A DNA stretch of 64,000 nucleotides from an uncultured delta proteobacterium (GTDB lineage Bacteria > Myxococcota > Myxococcia > Myxococcales > Myxococcaceae): NCBI GenBank assembly GCA_963796055.1, contig CAWCKH010000004.1:2368001-2432000 (forward strand), in the 5' to 3' direction. This document shows, piece after piece, positions 9,270-19,987 of the stretch. The stretch's first letter is position 1. Each line of letters opens with the position of its first letter. The position numbers were made by a program, and so were the translations under genes. The notes under the pieces were generated by a model. The model made no database searches and had not been told where the DNA came from. It was given only the letters and a program-made list of their open reading frames with translations.

Positions 9270-10859
9270 ATGATGCGACCGCTCGCCCTCACCTTCACCG
9301 CGGGGCTGCTGCTGCTCGCAGCGCCTGCGCGCGCGCTGAACGATGGTCTCGGCCCCCCGCAGCAGGAGCTGGATCGGGACTCTCCCCTGGCCACGGTGCA
9401 GGGTTTCCTGACCGCTGCCCACCATGGGGACTACGGAACCGCGGCCTACTACCTGGCGCTGGACTGGCTCGCCCGGGAGAAGCAGAAGACCGAGGGGCCG
9501 CGGCTGGCGCGCCGGCTCCGGTTCGTGCTCGACCGGAAGCTGTTCATCGACCTCGGGGCGGTCAGCAAGGACCCGCAAGGGGACCCGGCGAAGGCCGGTT
9601 ACGACCAGCTCGGCACCATCCGGCTGGACAAGCAGAACGTCCCCATCCGGGTGAGCAAGTACGAGGTCGACGGCAAACCCGTCTGGCTCTTCAGCACGGT
9701 CACCGTGCGCGCGGTGGATGCGCTCTACGAAGCCTACGGCCCGCCCCTGGGAGAGATGCTGCCCGAGGTGCTCTTCTCCAAGGCGCTGGCAGGGCTCGAG
9801 CTCTGGCAATGGGTGGGTCTCATCCTCGCCTTCGTCGCGGCGCTCCTCTTCGGGTGGTTGCTGGAGCAGCTGGGGCTGGCGGCTCTCGGGCGCGTGGCGC
9901 GGATGACCCGCGTGGGCTGGGACGACCAGCTGGTGCAGTCGGCGCGCGGGCCGCTGCGGCTGCCCCTCTGGGCCTTCGTACTGAGCGTGGCCACTGCGCC
10001 GCTTCTGCTCCCGCCGGTGTGGGCCCACGGCATCAGCGTGCTCAACCGGTCGCTGCTGGTCATCACCACGGCCTGGTTCGCGCTGCGCTTCCTCGACCTC
10101 GCCTCGGGCGTGGTGGAGAGCCGGGTGGCCAAGGCGCACGAGAACGTGGCCAACGCCCGCGCGGTGCGCACCCAGCTGGCGGTGCTGCGCCGGGTGCTGG
10201 TGGCGGTGGTGTGGATCTTCGCCACCGCCGCGCTGCTGATGCAGTTCACCGTGGTGCGGACGGTGGGGGTCTCGCTGCTCGCCTCCGCCGGCGTGGCGGG
10301 CGTGGTGCTGGGCATCGCGGCCCAGAAGTCCATCGGCGCGCTGCTCGCCGGGATCCAGCTCTCCATCACCCAGCCCGTCCGCATCGGCGACTCGGTGATC
10401 GTCGAGGGCGAGTTCGGCACGGTCGAGGAGATCAGCCTCACCTTCTTGGTGGTCCGCACCTGGGACCTGCGACGGCTGCTCATCCCGGTGGCCCAGTTCC
10501 TGGAGAAGCCCTTCCAGAACTGGAGCAAGGGTGGGGTGGAGATGCTCGGGCCGGTGGTCCTCCAGGTCGACTGGACCACCGACGTGGACGCGGTCCGCAA
10601 GGAGCTGGCCCGGGTGCTCGCCACCGAGGGCAAGGGCATGTGGGATGGGAAGCTGGCGAACGTCCAGGTGGTGGACTCCACCGAGCGGACGATGCACCTC
10701 CGGGTCCTGGTCGGGGGCTACGTGGACACCCTCTTCGACTTCCGCTGCCTCGTCCGGGAGCGGCTCATCACCTTCCTGCGGCGGACGCCGGCGTGGCTGC
10801 CACACGCTCGGGTGGAGCAGGACGGGGTCCCGCTCGTGCCCCGGGGGCCGGCGGCCTGA
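9270..10859 (+). CDS. MscS-family mechanosensitive channel with periplasmic N-terminal domain
   Basis: SLLASAGVAGVVLGIAAQ..QPVRIGD..GTVEEI..FQNWS, a signal peptide and several TM helices. Confidence 0.9.
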   Translation: MMRPLALTFTAGLLLLAAPARALNDGLGPPQQELDRDSPLATVQGFLTAAHHGDYGTAAYYLALDWLAREKQKTEGPRLARRLRFVLDRKLFIDLGAVSKDPQGDPAKAGYDQLGTIRLDKQNVPIRVSKYEVDGKPVWLFSTVTVRAVDALYEAYGPPLGEMLPEVLFSKALAGLELWQWVGLILAFVAALLFGWLLEQLGLAALGRVARMTRVGWDDQLVQSARGPLRLPLWAFVLSVATAPLLLPPVWAHGISVLNRSLLVITTAWFALRFLDLASGVVESRVAKAHENVANARAVRTQLAVLRRVLVAVVWIFATAALLMQFTVVRTVGVSLLASAGVAGVVLGIAAQKSIGALLAGIQLSITQPVRIGDSVIVEGEFGTVEEISLTFLVVRTWDLRRLLIPVAQFLEKPFQNWSKGGVEMLGPVVLQVDWTTDVDAVRKELARVLATEGKGMWDGKLANVQVVDSTERTMHLRVLVGGYVDTLFDFRCLVRERLITFLRRTPAWLPHARVEQDGVPLVPRGPAA

Positions 10860-11005
10860 GCCCCAGGGTCGGGCCGGGCCCGCTGCTCACGGCTGACCCA
10901 CCCCGTCCCAGCTGTCGGCTGGCATGGGGCGGCGCATCCCCTCGGGAATGCACGGCTTCTCTGGCAGAGCGTCGCTGGCCCGGGACGTGAAAGGCACCGG
11001 AGGGC

Positions 11006-11242
11006 ATGAAGCCCTCCCCTCACGCCAACGCCGTCGTCCAGGCTCTGGTCGCATGTCGCGCGCGCCGTGAGCTGAAGGGTACCGAGCGCGACACGCCCGA
11101 GGAGCGCCAGGCGATGAAGGCCCAGCTGTGGGCCCGCCTCGATGCCCGGCTCTCCACCTGGGACCCGAGCGCCGAGACGATGGCGCAGTGGGCGCTCCAC
11201 GTGCTCAGCGCGCCCAGCGAGCCGGAGCAGCGCGTCGCCTGA
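11006..11242 (+). CDS. Small hypothetical protein
   Basis: 78-aa ORF with GGAGG RBS and GC3-rich codons. Confidence 0.6.
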   Translation: MKPSPHANAVVQALVACRARRELKGTERDTPEERQAMKAQLWARLDARLSTWDPSAETMAQWALHVLSAPSEPEQRVA

Positions 11243-11400
11243 GCAGGCCTCAACGCGCCCGGAGAACGCCGCGCGGTTGCGCCAGCGGCTCCAGGCGGTG
11301 AGCAGCAGGTGTCGTTTCGTTTCCTGTCGTGAAGGCATGGCCGCCATGCGCCCCGGACGGGATAACCCGGGGGGGTGGCCCGTGTTCGGTGAGGCGGAGG

Positions 11401-11592
11401 ATGTCCGCCATGCCGACCGACCCGTCGTCCCCCGCGGAGACACCGCCGAGCCGACCCGAGCGGCGAATCCTCGCGCGCGCGGTCGGGGTGTGGTGGGTGC
11501 AGCAACTGCTCGAGGTCGCCCGTCGTAGACGTGCGAGCAGGCAGGCGCCCGAGGACGGGGACCTGCCGCACCCGGCGACCACGACACGCTGA
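11401..11592 (+). CDS. Possible small hypothetical protein
   Basis: Fills an intergenic gap, GGAGG upstream of ATG 11410. No family recognised. Confidence 0.3.
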   Translation: MSAMPTDPSSPAETPPSRPERRILARAVGVWWVQQLLEVARRRRASRQAPEDGDLPHPATTTR

Positions 11593-11673
11593 CCGGTCCT
11601 CGTTGCGGGTACAGCTGGCGCGTGCGCGCGCTCGTTCGGCCCACCGAGATTCCGTGCGACAGTCAGGTGCGCC

Positions 11674-13851
11674 ATGCCGATGCGAGAAGGCGACATCCTG
11701 GACGACCGGTTCGAGCTCGGCCGCACGGTTGCAGCTGGCGGGATGGGCGTGGTCTTCCGGGCGATGGATCGTCACACCGGCACGCTGGTCGCGGTGAAGA
11801 CGCTTCGCGGAGTGGAGGGGGCCGAGCGCTTCCGGCGCGAGGTGCAGGTGCTCTCGAGCCTGCACCACCCGGGCATCGTGGCCTATCTCGGCCACGGCTG
11901 TGCCGGGGACGAGCTCTATCTGGTGATGGAGTGGCTGGAAGGCGAGGACCTCGGGGCGCGGCTGACGGGCGCCCTGGTGACCGTCGACGAGGCGGTTGGC
12001 GTCGGAGTCCAGGTTGCCTCCGCCCTGGCCGCTGCCCACGCCCAGGGAGTCGTCCACCGGGACATCAAGCCGTCCAACGTCTTCCTCGCCGACTGGCGCC
12101 TCGATCGGGTCAAGCTGCTCGACTGCGGGATCGCCCGCCACGGCGCTGCATCGACCCTCACCGAGCTGGGGATGGTGGTCGGGACGCCGGCGTACATGGC
12201 ACCCGAGCAGGCCCGTGGAGAGCGGGAGATCGACGCCCGCGCCGACGTCTACGCGCTCGGAGCGCTCCTCTTCCATTGCCTCACCGGCCGGCCACCCTTC
12301 GAGGCGGATGCCCGCGAGGGGCTCCTGGCGGCGGTGATCCACGGACCGGTGCCTCTGGTGGGCGAGTTCGTGCAGGTGGCGCCCCGGCTCGAAGACCTGG
12401 TCGCGCGGATGCTGGACAAGGACCCCCACCGCCGCCCGTCCGACGGGTGCGAGGCGTGGGCGGAGCTGACGGCCCTCGGCTCCACCTCGGGACCCTTGCT
12501 CTCCGCCACCGTCGCGGCGAGCAGCATCCCGGCGCGGGATCAGCCGGCGGTGGCCGGCGCGCGCGCGGTCCCCTCCTCGGTCGCAGTGCTCCCGTTCCAT
12601 GACATGAGCGCGGGACGAGACCAAGCGTACATCTGCGAGGGCATCGCCGAGGAGCTGATCAACACCCTCACCTCGCTCCAGGGGCTCCGGGTGGCGGCGC
12701 GGAGCAGCGCGTTCGCCCTCCGCGCGCCCGACGCCGACGCTCGCAGCGTGGGCCGACGGCTCGGGGTGGACGCGGTGCTCGAGGGCGGGGTCCGGAAGGC
12801 GGGGAATCGCCTCCGCGTCACAGTGCAGCTGGTGGACGTCGCCGACGGTTCCCCTCGCTGGGCACACCGCTTCGAGGGGACGCTGGACCAGGTGTTCGAG
12901 ATCCAGGACCAGATCGCCACCAGTGTCGCCACCGCGCTGCGGGGAATGCTGAGCAGCGAAGAGCGTGAGGCGCTGCGGCGGCCCGAGGCGCGGGTCGAGG
13001 CGTACGAGCACTTCCTCCGCGGCCGACAGCTCCTCCACAACCAGACCAGCACCTCGTTCGGGCACGCGGAGCGGGAATTCCAGCGGGCGATCGAGATCGA
13101 TCCCGGCTATGCGCCCGCCTTCTCCGGCCTGGCACAGGTCTACATGTGGCAGGTCGAATGGCTCGGCCGCGGCGCCGGCGCGCAGGAGGCAGCAGATCGT
13201 GCAAGCCGCCGTGCGCTCGAGCTCGGTCCCGAGCTGGCGGAGTCCCACATCGCCCGGGGAGCGTTCCTGGCGAGCGTGCACGACTACGAGGGAGCAGAGC
13301 AGGCGTACCAGGAAGCGCTCCGTCTCAATCCTCGCTCGTTCGAGGCGCACTACCTCTACGCGCGGGCCTGCGTTCCCGCCGGAAAGTTCGAGCGGGCCCT
13401 GGAGCTCTTCCTGCGCGGGGCCGAGCTCCGCCCCGAGGACTACCAGTGCATGGCGATCGTCGAGCTCCCACTGCTGGCGCTCCATCGGTTCGAGGAGGCC
13501 GGGGAGGCACGCCGGGAGGCCCTCCGCCGGATCGAGCGGAACCTGGAGCTGGATCCCTGGGATCCACGGGCGCTGATCCTCGGCGCCATCAGCCTGGTCT
13601 CGGAAGGTCAGCCGGACCGCGGATTCGAGTGGGCGGCGCGCGCGCTGGAGCTGGCCCCGGACGACCCGGCCACGCTGATCAACGCCGGGTGCATGTACCT
13701 GCGCGTAGGGATGAAGGAGGAGGCGCTGGCCTGCCTGGAGAAAAGCTTCGGGCGTGGGTACGGAAAGGGTGACTGGGTGAAGAACGATCCCGACTACGAC
13801 CCCATCCGAGGCGATCCGCGCTTCGAGGCGATGATCGCCAAGCTGGCCTGA
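11674..13851 (+). CDS. Ser/Thr protein kinase with TolB-like domain and TPRs
   Basis: GGMGVV, VAVK, HRDIKPSN, GTPAYMAPE. SVAVLPF..GIAEELINTL TolB-like segment. C-terminal TPRs. Confidence 0.92.
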   Translation: MPMREGDILDDRFELGRTVAAGGMGVVFRAMDRHTGTLVAVKTLRGVEGAERFRREVQVLSSLHHPGIVAYLGHGCAGDELYLVMEWLEGEDLGARLTGALVTVDEAVGVGVQVASALAAAHAQGVVHRDIKPSNVFLADWRLDRVKLLDCGIARHGAASTLTELGMVVGTPAYMAPEQARGEREIDARADVYALGALLFHCLTGRPPFEADAREGLLAAVIHGPVPLVGEFVQVAPRLEDLVARMLDKDPHRRPSDGCEAWAELTALGSTSGPLLSATVAASSIPARDQPAVAGARAVPSSVAVLPFHDMSAGRDQAYICEGIAEELINTLTSLQGLRVAARSSAFALRAPDADARSVGRRLGVDAVLEGGVRKAGNRLRVTVQLVDVADGSPRWAHRFEGTLDQVFEIQDQIATSVATALRGMLSSEEREALRRPEARVEAYEHFLRGRQLLHNQTSTSFGHAEREFQRAIEIDPGYAPAFSGLAQVYMWQVEWLGRGAGAQEAADRASRRALELGPELAESHIARGAFLASVHDYEGAEQAYQEALRLNPRSFEAHYLYARACVPAGKFERALELFLRGAELRPEDYQCMAIVELPLLALHRFEEAGEARREALRRIERNLELDPWDPRALILGAISLVSEGQPDRGFEWAARALELAPDDPATLINAGCMYLRVGMKEEALACLEKSFGRGYGKGDWVKNDPDYDPIRGDPRFEAMIAKLA

Positions 13852-13890
13852 GGGGTGAAGGCGGCCAGCCTCGCCTTCGGCTCCGAGGGG

Positions 13891-15050
<1,160 letters not shown>

Positions 15051-15089
15051 TGAGGGCCTTCCAGTCGCCTCGAAGGGAAGGAGGGAACC

Positions 15090-15437
15090 ATGAAGTTCAC
15101 CCGCTACTCCTTCGGCACGCTCCGTGTCGACGGGGACGAGTACGACCACGACCTCATCATCGACCGCGGCGAGGTCCGGGAGCGGGACAAGCGCCCGTCG
15201 AAGAAATACCGATCGCTCTACGGCCACACGCCGCTGTCGCTCGACGAGGACATCCCCTGGAAGTGCAAGCGCCTGGTGGTCGGGACCGGCGGGGGGGCGT
15301 TGCCGATCATGGACGAGGTCCGCCGCGAGGCGAAACGGCGGCACGTCGAGCTGATCGCCCTACCCACGGAGAAAGCACTCGAGCTGCTCGCCCACGGCTC
15401 CGCCCGGACCAACGCCATCCTCCACCTCACCTGCTAG
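15090..15437 (+). CDS. Mth938/NDUFAF3-like domain protein
   Basis: YSFGTLRVDG.EYDHDLII..LVVGTG..ILHLTC. Confidence 0.85.
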   Translation: MKFTRYSFGTLRVDGDEYDHDLIIDRGEVRERDKRPSKKYRSLYGHTPLSLDEDIPWKCKRLVVGTGGGALPIMDEVRREAKRRHVELIALPTEKALELLAHGSARTNAILHLTC

Positions 15438-15481
15438 GGATGAACGCTCCGGTGCTGACTCCGAGCAGTCACCGACCAGGG

Positions 15482-15940
15482 TCAAATTGCGCCGAGCTGA
15501 AGGAGCAGCTCTCGGTGTAATCGTCGGCGCTCGGAGCTGAGCGGGAGATCGGCGAGGATCAACCGGCGCTGAGCTTCCTCGTTCTCGGCGACCAGTCTCG
15601 CCAGCCGACCCAGCATCCGGGGAAGGTAGGTCGACTTCTCGTGGCAGAGCTGCGCCCAGACCCCCTCGGTCTGCTCCAGAATCCTCTCGCGGTTCCGGCG
15701 AACCCGACCGAGGAACTTCTCGAGCTCCCGGTTGTCCTCGCAGAGCACCAGCAACTTCCAGTCCGCGACCAGATGTCGCTCCAGCCTGACCCGGTACGCC
15801 CCGAACCGCTTCCTGGCCGTCTCGAACGAGCCAGCGGCGGCGAGCGTCCCGACGTCGACCAGGGCGACGCGTAGCTGGTGGTGCTCGGACTCGAGCTGTC
15901 GCCAGATTTGACTCTCGATGGAGGAGTCTGGAGTCCTCAC
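15482..15940 (-). CDS. Hypothetical all-helical protein, hemerythrin-like (degenerate)
   Basis: LESEHHQL..F..Y...LERH pattern resembles hemerythrin helices 1-2, but the later metal ligands are missing. Confidence 0.5.
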   Translation of the reverse strand: MRTPDSSIESQIWRQLESEHHQLRVALVDVGTLAAAGSFETARKRFGAYRVRLERHLVADWKLLVLCEDNRELEKFLGRVRRNRERILEQTEGVWAQLCHEKSTYLPRMLGRLARLVAENEEAQRRLILADLPLSSERRRLHRELLLQLGAI

Positions 15941-15971
15941 CTACGTCGCCACCCTTTCACGAAGGACGTCG

Positions 15972-15987
15972 GGCAAGAACCACGCCA
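15972..15987 (-). promoter_or_regulatory. Putative sigma-54 -24/-12 promoter
   Basis: TGGCGTGGTTCTTGCC (GG-N10-GC), about 32 nt upstream of the 15940 start. Confidence 0.65.
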
Positions 15988-16020
15988 GCTGAAGAAACTA
16001 CCCGTGCGAACCGCGACGGA

Positions 16021-16066
16021 CGGCAGAGCTTGCGCATGCAAGCAGGCGGCGACGCATGTCCTGCGC
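16021..16066. promoter_or_regulatory. Two GCGCA-N5-TGCGC-like palindromes
   Basis: CGGCAGAGCTTGCGC (16021-16035) and ACGCATGTCCTGCGC (16052-16066), between divergent genes. Confidence 0.65.
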
Positions 16067-16122
16067 ACTCGGTCCGGTTGGGCGATGGCACGCCCGGTCC
16101 GCCATCGCGGAGCCTGCGTCGG

Positions 16123-16138
16123 TGGTCCATCCGATGCA
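16123..16138 (+). promoter_or_regulatory. Putative sigma-54 promoter
   Basis: TGGTCCATCCGATGCA, upstream of the CBS gene at 16179. Confidence 0.6.
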
Positions 16139-16178
16139 AATCATGGCTTCACTTCGCGCTTCGCTCTCGGAGGTCGCC

Positions 16179-16655
16179 ATGAGGCTGATGGAAATCATGA
16201 CCACGGACGTGCGGACCGCCTCGGCGACGGAAGATGCGGAGAAGGCGTTCCAGCGAATGCGTAATGGGCGAATCCGGCATCTCGTCGTGATGAACGGACG
16301 CCGGGTGGTGGGCGTGCTCTCGGAACGGGACGTCGGTGGGTCGCGCGGCAGCGGAGTGCGCGCTGGCAAGACCGTGGGCGAGCTGATGTCGGGCCAGGCC
16401 ATCACCGCCTCTCCGACGACGACCGTTCGTCAGGCGGCGAATCTGCTCCGCGCTCGGAACATCGGCTGCCTGCCCATCGTCGAGGATGGCGAGCTCGAAG
16501 GGATCGTCACCGTGACGGACGTGCTGGAGCTCCTGGGCAGGCAGACCCAGCTCTCGCCCACTGCCAGCTCCCGGTTCAAGCCGCAACACGGCTCCAAGTG
16601 GAAGCCGATTCGCCGAGTGGCGCGCTCCCAGCGTCCACCCTTGTTCCCGAGGTAG
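16179..16655 (+). CDS. CBS-pair protein
   Basis: EIMTT..IRHLVV..VGVLSERD and ELMS..IGCLPIV..GIVTVTD. GGAGG RBS. Confidence 0.9.
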   Translation: MRLMEIMTTDVRTASATEDAEKAFQRMRNGRIRHLVVMNGRRVVGVLSERDVGGSRGSGVRAGKTVGELMSGQAITASPTTTVRQAANLLRARNIGCLPIVEDGELEGIVTVTDVLELLGRQTQLSPTASSRFKPQHGSKWKPIRRVARSQRPPLFPR

Positions 16656-16657
16656 TC

Positions 16658-17326
16658 GTGAACGGTTTCGTCGATCGCGAAGACGCGGGCCGCAGGCTGG
16701 CGGCGCAGCTCAGCTCCTACGCGGCCGAGCGTCCCATCGTTCTGGCTCTTCCCCGAGGGGGCGTTCCGGTGGGTTACGAGATTGCCCGGGCGCTGCATGC
16801 ACCGCTCGACGTGTGGGTGGTCAGGAAGGTCGGGGTTCCCTGGCATCCCGAGCTCGGCGCCGGCGCCGTGGCCGAAGGAGGATACGTCCATCTCAACCAG
16901 GACGTCCTCGAGCACATCGGGCTTTCGGAGGCAGAGCTCGCCAAGATCGTCCAGAGCAAGCAGCGCGAGGTCCAAGAGCGGGTGCGGCTGTTCCGGGGGG
17001 ATCACCCGCCGCCAGTCCTTCGCGACCGAACGGTCATCGTGGTCGACGACGGGATCGCGACCGGTGGCACGGTGCACGCCGCGATTCGGTCGATCCGCGC
17101 GCAGGGGCCGAAGGCGATCGTGCTCGCGGTGCCGGTGGCCAGTCCCGAGGTGGTCGAAGTGCTCGGACGCGAAGTGGACGGTCTCGTTTGCTTGCGAATG
17201 CCCCCTGACCTCTACGCCATCGGCGTCTGGTACGTGAACTTCAGCCAGGTCTCGGATGACCAGGTAGCCCGTCTCCTCGACCGCGCTCGGCGGGACCAGA
17301 CCGAGGCCCAGGATGCCGTCGCCTGA
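16658..17326 (+). CDS. Phosphoribosyltransferase family protein
   Basis: FVDREDAGRRLA..LALPRGGVPV..VIVVDDGIATGGT PRPP-binding motif. Confidence 0.9.
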   Translation: MNGFVDREDAGRRLAAQLSSYAAERPIVLALPRGGVPVGYEIARALHAPLDVWVVRKVGVPWHPELGAGAVAEGGYVHLNQDVLEHIGLSEAELAKIVQSKQREVQERVRLFRGDHPPPVLRDRTVIVVDDGIATGGTVHAAIRSIRAQGPKAIVLAVPVASPEVVEVLGREVDGLVCLRMPPDLYAIGVWYVNFSQVSDDQVARLLDRARRDQTEAQDAVA

Positions 17327-17990
17327 GAGCGGAGCCCGCAAGGAGAGCCTGGTCATCCCTGCCGGCGGAGTGGAGGTCGAAGGCGACCTGACGATTCCTG
17401 ACGGTGCGCGCGGGCTCGTCCTGTTCGCTCACGGAAGTGGCAGCAGCCGCAAGAGCACGAGGAATCGGTTTGTGGCGCAGGTGCTCCGCGAACGAGAGCT
17501 CGGAACCCTGCTCTTCGACCTCTTGACCGCCGCCGAGGAGAGGCGAGACGCCATCGATGCCCACCTGCGCTTCGACATCCCGCTGCTCGCGAGCCGCCTC
17601 GGTGAGGTCACGGACCGGATGCGACAGTCTGGTCCCGGCAGGGAGCTTTCCATCGGTTACTTCGGGGCGAGCACCGGTGCAGCGGCAGCATTGATCGCGG
17701 CGGCAGAGCGCCCCCGCGACATCGGTGCCGTCGTCTCCCGGGGTGGTCGGCCAGACCTCGCCATTGAGGCACTCGCTCGCGTCCGCGCACCAACGCTGCT
17801 CATCGTCGGTGGCGCGGACACGACGGTGCTCGAGCTGAACCGCGAGGCGCTGGCGCGGATCCCGGGGCCCAAGCAGCTCACGGTGATTCCGGGAGCGACC
17901 CATCTCTTCGAGGAACCCGGTGCTCTGGAAACGGTGGCTCGCCTCGCGGGGGATTGGTTCGTGGAGCACCTGGGAACGCCGCCGGTCTGA
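17313..17990 (+). CDS. Dienelactone hydrolase-family alpha/beta hydrolase
   Basis: LFAHGSGSSR, GYFGASTG, VSRGGRPDLA, GATHLFEEPG. Confidence 0.9.
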   Translation: MPSPESGARKESLVIPAGGVEVEGDLTIPDGARGLVLFAHGSGSSRKSTRNRFVAQVLRERELGTLLFDLLTAAEERRDAIDAHLRFDIPLLASRLGEVTDRMRQSGPGRELSIGYFGASTGAAAALIAAAERPRDIGAVVSRGGRPDLAIEALARVRAPTLLIVGGADTTVLELNREALARIPGPKQLTVIPGATHLFEEPGALETVARLAGDWFVEHLGTPPV

Positions 17991-18027
17991 GCGAGGCTGC
18001 CCGACTCTTCCATCGTTTGCCCGAGGT

Positions 18028-19230
18028 TCAGGGCTCCGACTGCCGGAGTGCTTCCCGGGAGCGGAACGGCTGGCGCTGCGTTCGTCGCCCCTGGCGAACC
18101 GCGGTCTCGAACATCACCAGCTCGCCGATGTTCTCCGGGGTGACGATTCCGAGGACTTCCTTGTCCACCGTGACCACGAGGGTGGACGGCTCGTGCTGGC
18201 CGAACCTGCTCAGCGCGCGTTCGAGCATCTCTCCGGGCTCGGCCGTTCCGAAGTCACGGTGCATGAAGTCCTCGACGGGAGCGGTCTTCCCGGCCTCGGC
18301 CAGGCCACGGACGAGATCGGCTCGGGTCAGGACCCCGACTGCTCGATGCTCCTCGACGACTGGAAAGTCCTGCTGGAACCCAGCCAGGGTCAGCTCCACG
18401 GCTCTGGAGAGAGGCTCCCGACGTCCGACGACCTGAAAGTCGGTGATCATCGCGTTCTGGACGGGCACGCCAGCGAGGGCCGATCTCAGCTGGACGAGCG
18501 AGGACTCATGCTGTGCGCCCATCCAGACGAAGAGCGCAATCAAGACCAGCACCGGATTGAACAGCAATCCGAGCAGCCCGAAGACCAGCGCGATGGCCTG
18601 TCCCAACCGAGCCGCCACCTCGGTTGCCCGGGCGTAGGGCATCCGCAGAGCAAGGGCTGCTCGAAGGACCCGTCCTCCATCCATGGGGAAGGCCGGGATC
18701 AGGTTGAAGACGGCCAGCGAGACGTTGATCCACATGAAGGTCGTGAGGAAGGGACCGCCGCCCGCTGACGCGCCCGAAAACCCCACCGGGCCGCCCGTGG
18801 CGCGGAGGATGCCGAATAGGCCCAGAGCGATGACCAGGTTGGTGAACGGACCGGCGAGGGCCACCAGCAGCTCTTGACCTGGCTTCTCGGGCAGTCTCTC
18901 TAGGCTCGAAACCCCACCGATCGGCAGCAGGATGATCTCTCGAGTCCGGATGCCGAACCGACGAGCGGTCAGCGCATGGCTGAGCTCGTGGAGGACGACG
19001 GTGCCGAAGACGGCCACGATGAGGCCCAGACCGCGAAGCGCCGCCTGGACTCCCCCCTGCAGCAGTGAGGTGAGCCCCACCCAGAGCAGCAGGAGGAAGA
19101 ACGTGGCATGAACATAGAGGGTGATGCCAAAGGGTCGGCCGATCTTCCAGGACCAGCGCCGTCGCGACCCGTCCAGGGCCGGTTCTTGGAGCCCGCTCGT
19201 TTCTTTGCCTGGTGGTTCGCTGCCGGTCAC
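18028..19230 (-). CDS. Site-2 protease (M50) with CBS domains
   Basis: HELSH zinc motif, NLIPAFPMDGGR, C-terminal CBS pair. Confidence 0.92.
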   Translation of the reverse strand: MTGSEPPGKETSGLQEPALDGSRRRWSWKIGRPFGITLYVHATFFLLLLWVGLTSLLQGGVQAALRGLGLIVAVFGTVVLHELSHALTARRFGIRTREIILLPIGGVSSLERLPEKPGQELLVALAGPFTNLVIALGLFGILRATGGPVGFSGASAGGGPFLTTFMWINVSLAVFNLIPAFPMDGGRVLRAALALRMPYARATEVAARLGQAIALVFGLLGLLFNPVLVLIALFVWMGAQHESSLVQLRSALAGVPVQNAMITDFQVVGRREPLSRAVELTLAGFQQDFPVVEEHRAVGVLTRADLVRGLAEAGKTAPVEDFMHRDFGTAEPGEMLERALSRFGQHEPSTLVVTVDKEVLGIVTPENIGELVMFETAVRQGRRTQRQPFRSREALRQSEP

Positions 19231-19619
19231 GGTCCAAACGCCTGACGGGATGCGCGGAGAAAATCCGTTTCGGTCACGATGCCCATCAAGTGCCCATCGC
19301 TGCCAACGACGGGGAGCGACCCGATCTGGTTGTCCAGAAGCAGGTCGATCGCGGTATGGGCCGGTGTGTCAGCCGTGACCGTGACCAGCTTCCTGGTCAT
19401 GTACTCGCCGACGCGCACCCGTTTCTTGCCCTTCGCCAATGCCTGGAGCACGTCCCGCGCCGACAGGATCCCGACGAGGTTGCCCTTCTCGTCGACGACG
19501 GGGACGTGCCGCATCCCCCCCAGCTTCATCTCCGCCTCGGCGGCACCGACCGAATCGCTGTCGCGAACAGTGACCAGCGCGGTCGACATCAGGCTCTCGA
19601 CCTTCATCGTGGCTGCCAT
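19227..19619 (-). CDS. CBS-pair protein
   Basis: MKVESLMST..MRHVPVVD..VGILSARD and YMTR..IGSLPVV..GIVTETD. Confidence 0.9.
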   Translation of the reverse strand: MAATMKVESLMSTALVTVRDSDSVGAAEAEMKLGGMRHVPVVDEKGNLVGILSARDVLQALAKGKKRVRVGEYMTRKLVTVTADTPAHTAIDLLLDNQIGSLPVVGSDGHLMGIVTETDFLRASRQAFGP

Positions 19620-19632
19620 GGTGTTCTCCGAG

Positions 19633-19702
19633 TGCAAGACAAGGACCCATCCCTGCGCTGAGCGGCCCAGCGGGGATGTGACTGGCCGCGCAAAGCTTGC
19701 GC
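19633..19702 (-). promoter_or_regulatory. Putative sigma-54 promoter plus perfect GCGCA-N5-TGCGC site
   Basis: GGGTCCTTGTCTTGCA (19648-19633, minus strand) and GCGCAAAGCTTGCGC (19688-19702). Confidence 0.7.
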
Positions 19703-19987
19703 GTCTAGTGATCCCTCTGAGAGGCCGCGCGGAGTGACCCCAGCGAGTGCTGGTCCGTGGCGCAGGTCTTGCCTGGAAACGGTTGCGGCTCGAATCGAGC
19801 TGGCGCGCGCGGCGCGGGACGCGCTCTTCCTCCCCCGGCGCGCCCACGGTGCCGAGTCCCGCGTTGGGGCCAGCTGCACAGGAAGCGGCCCAGAGACAGA
19901 GCAGGGCGAGACAGAGGAGCAGGGCGCGTGACCGGCGCTCTGGGAAGCCGCCCGATGCAGGTCTGGTGTTCATGCCTGATCTCGGTC

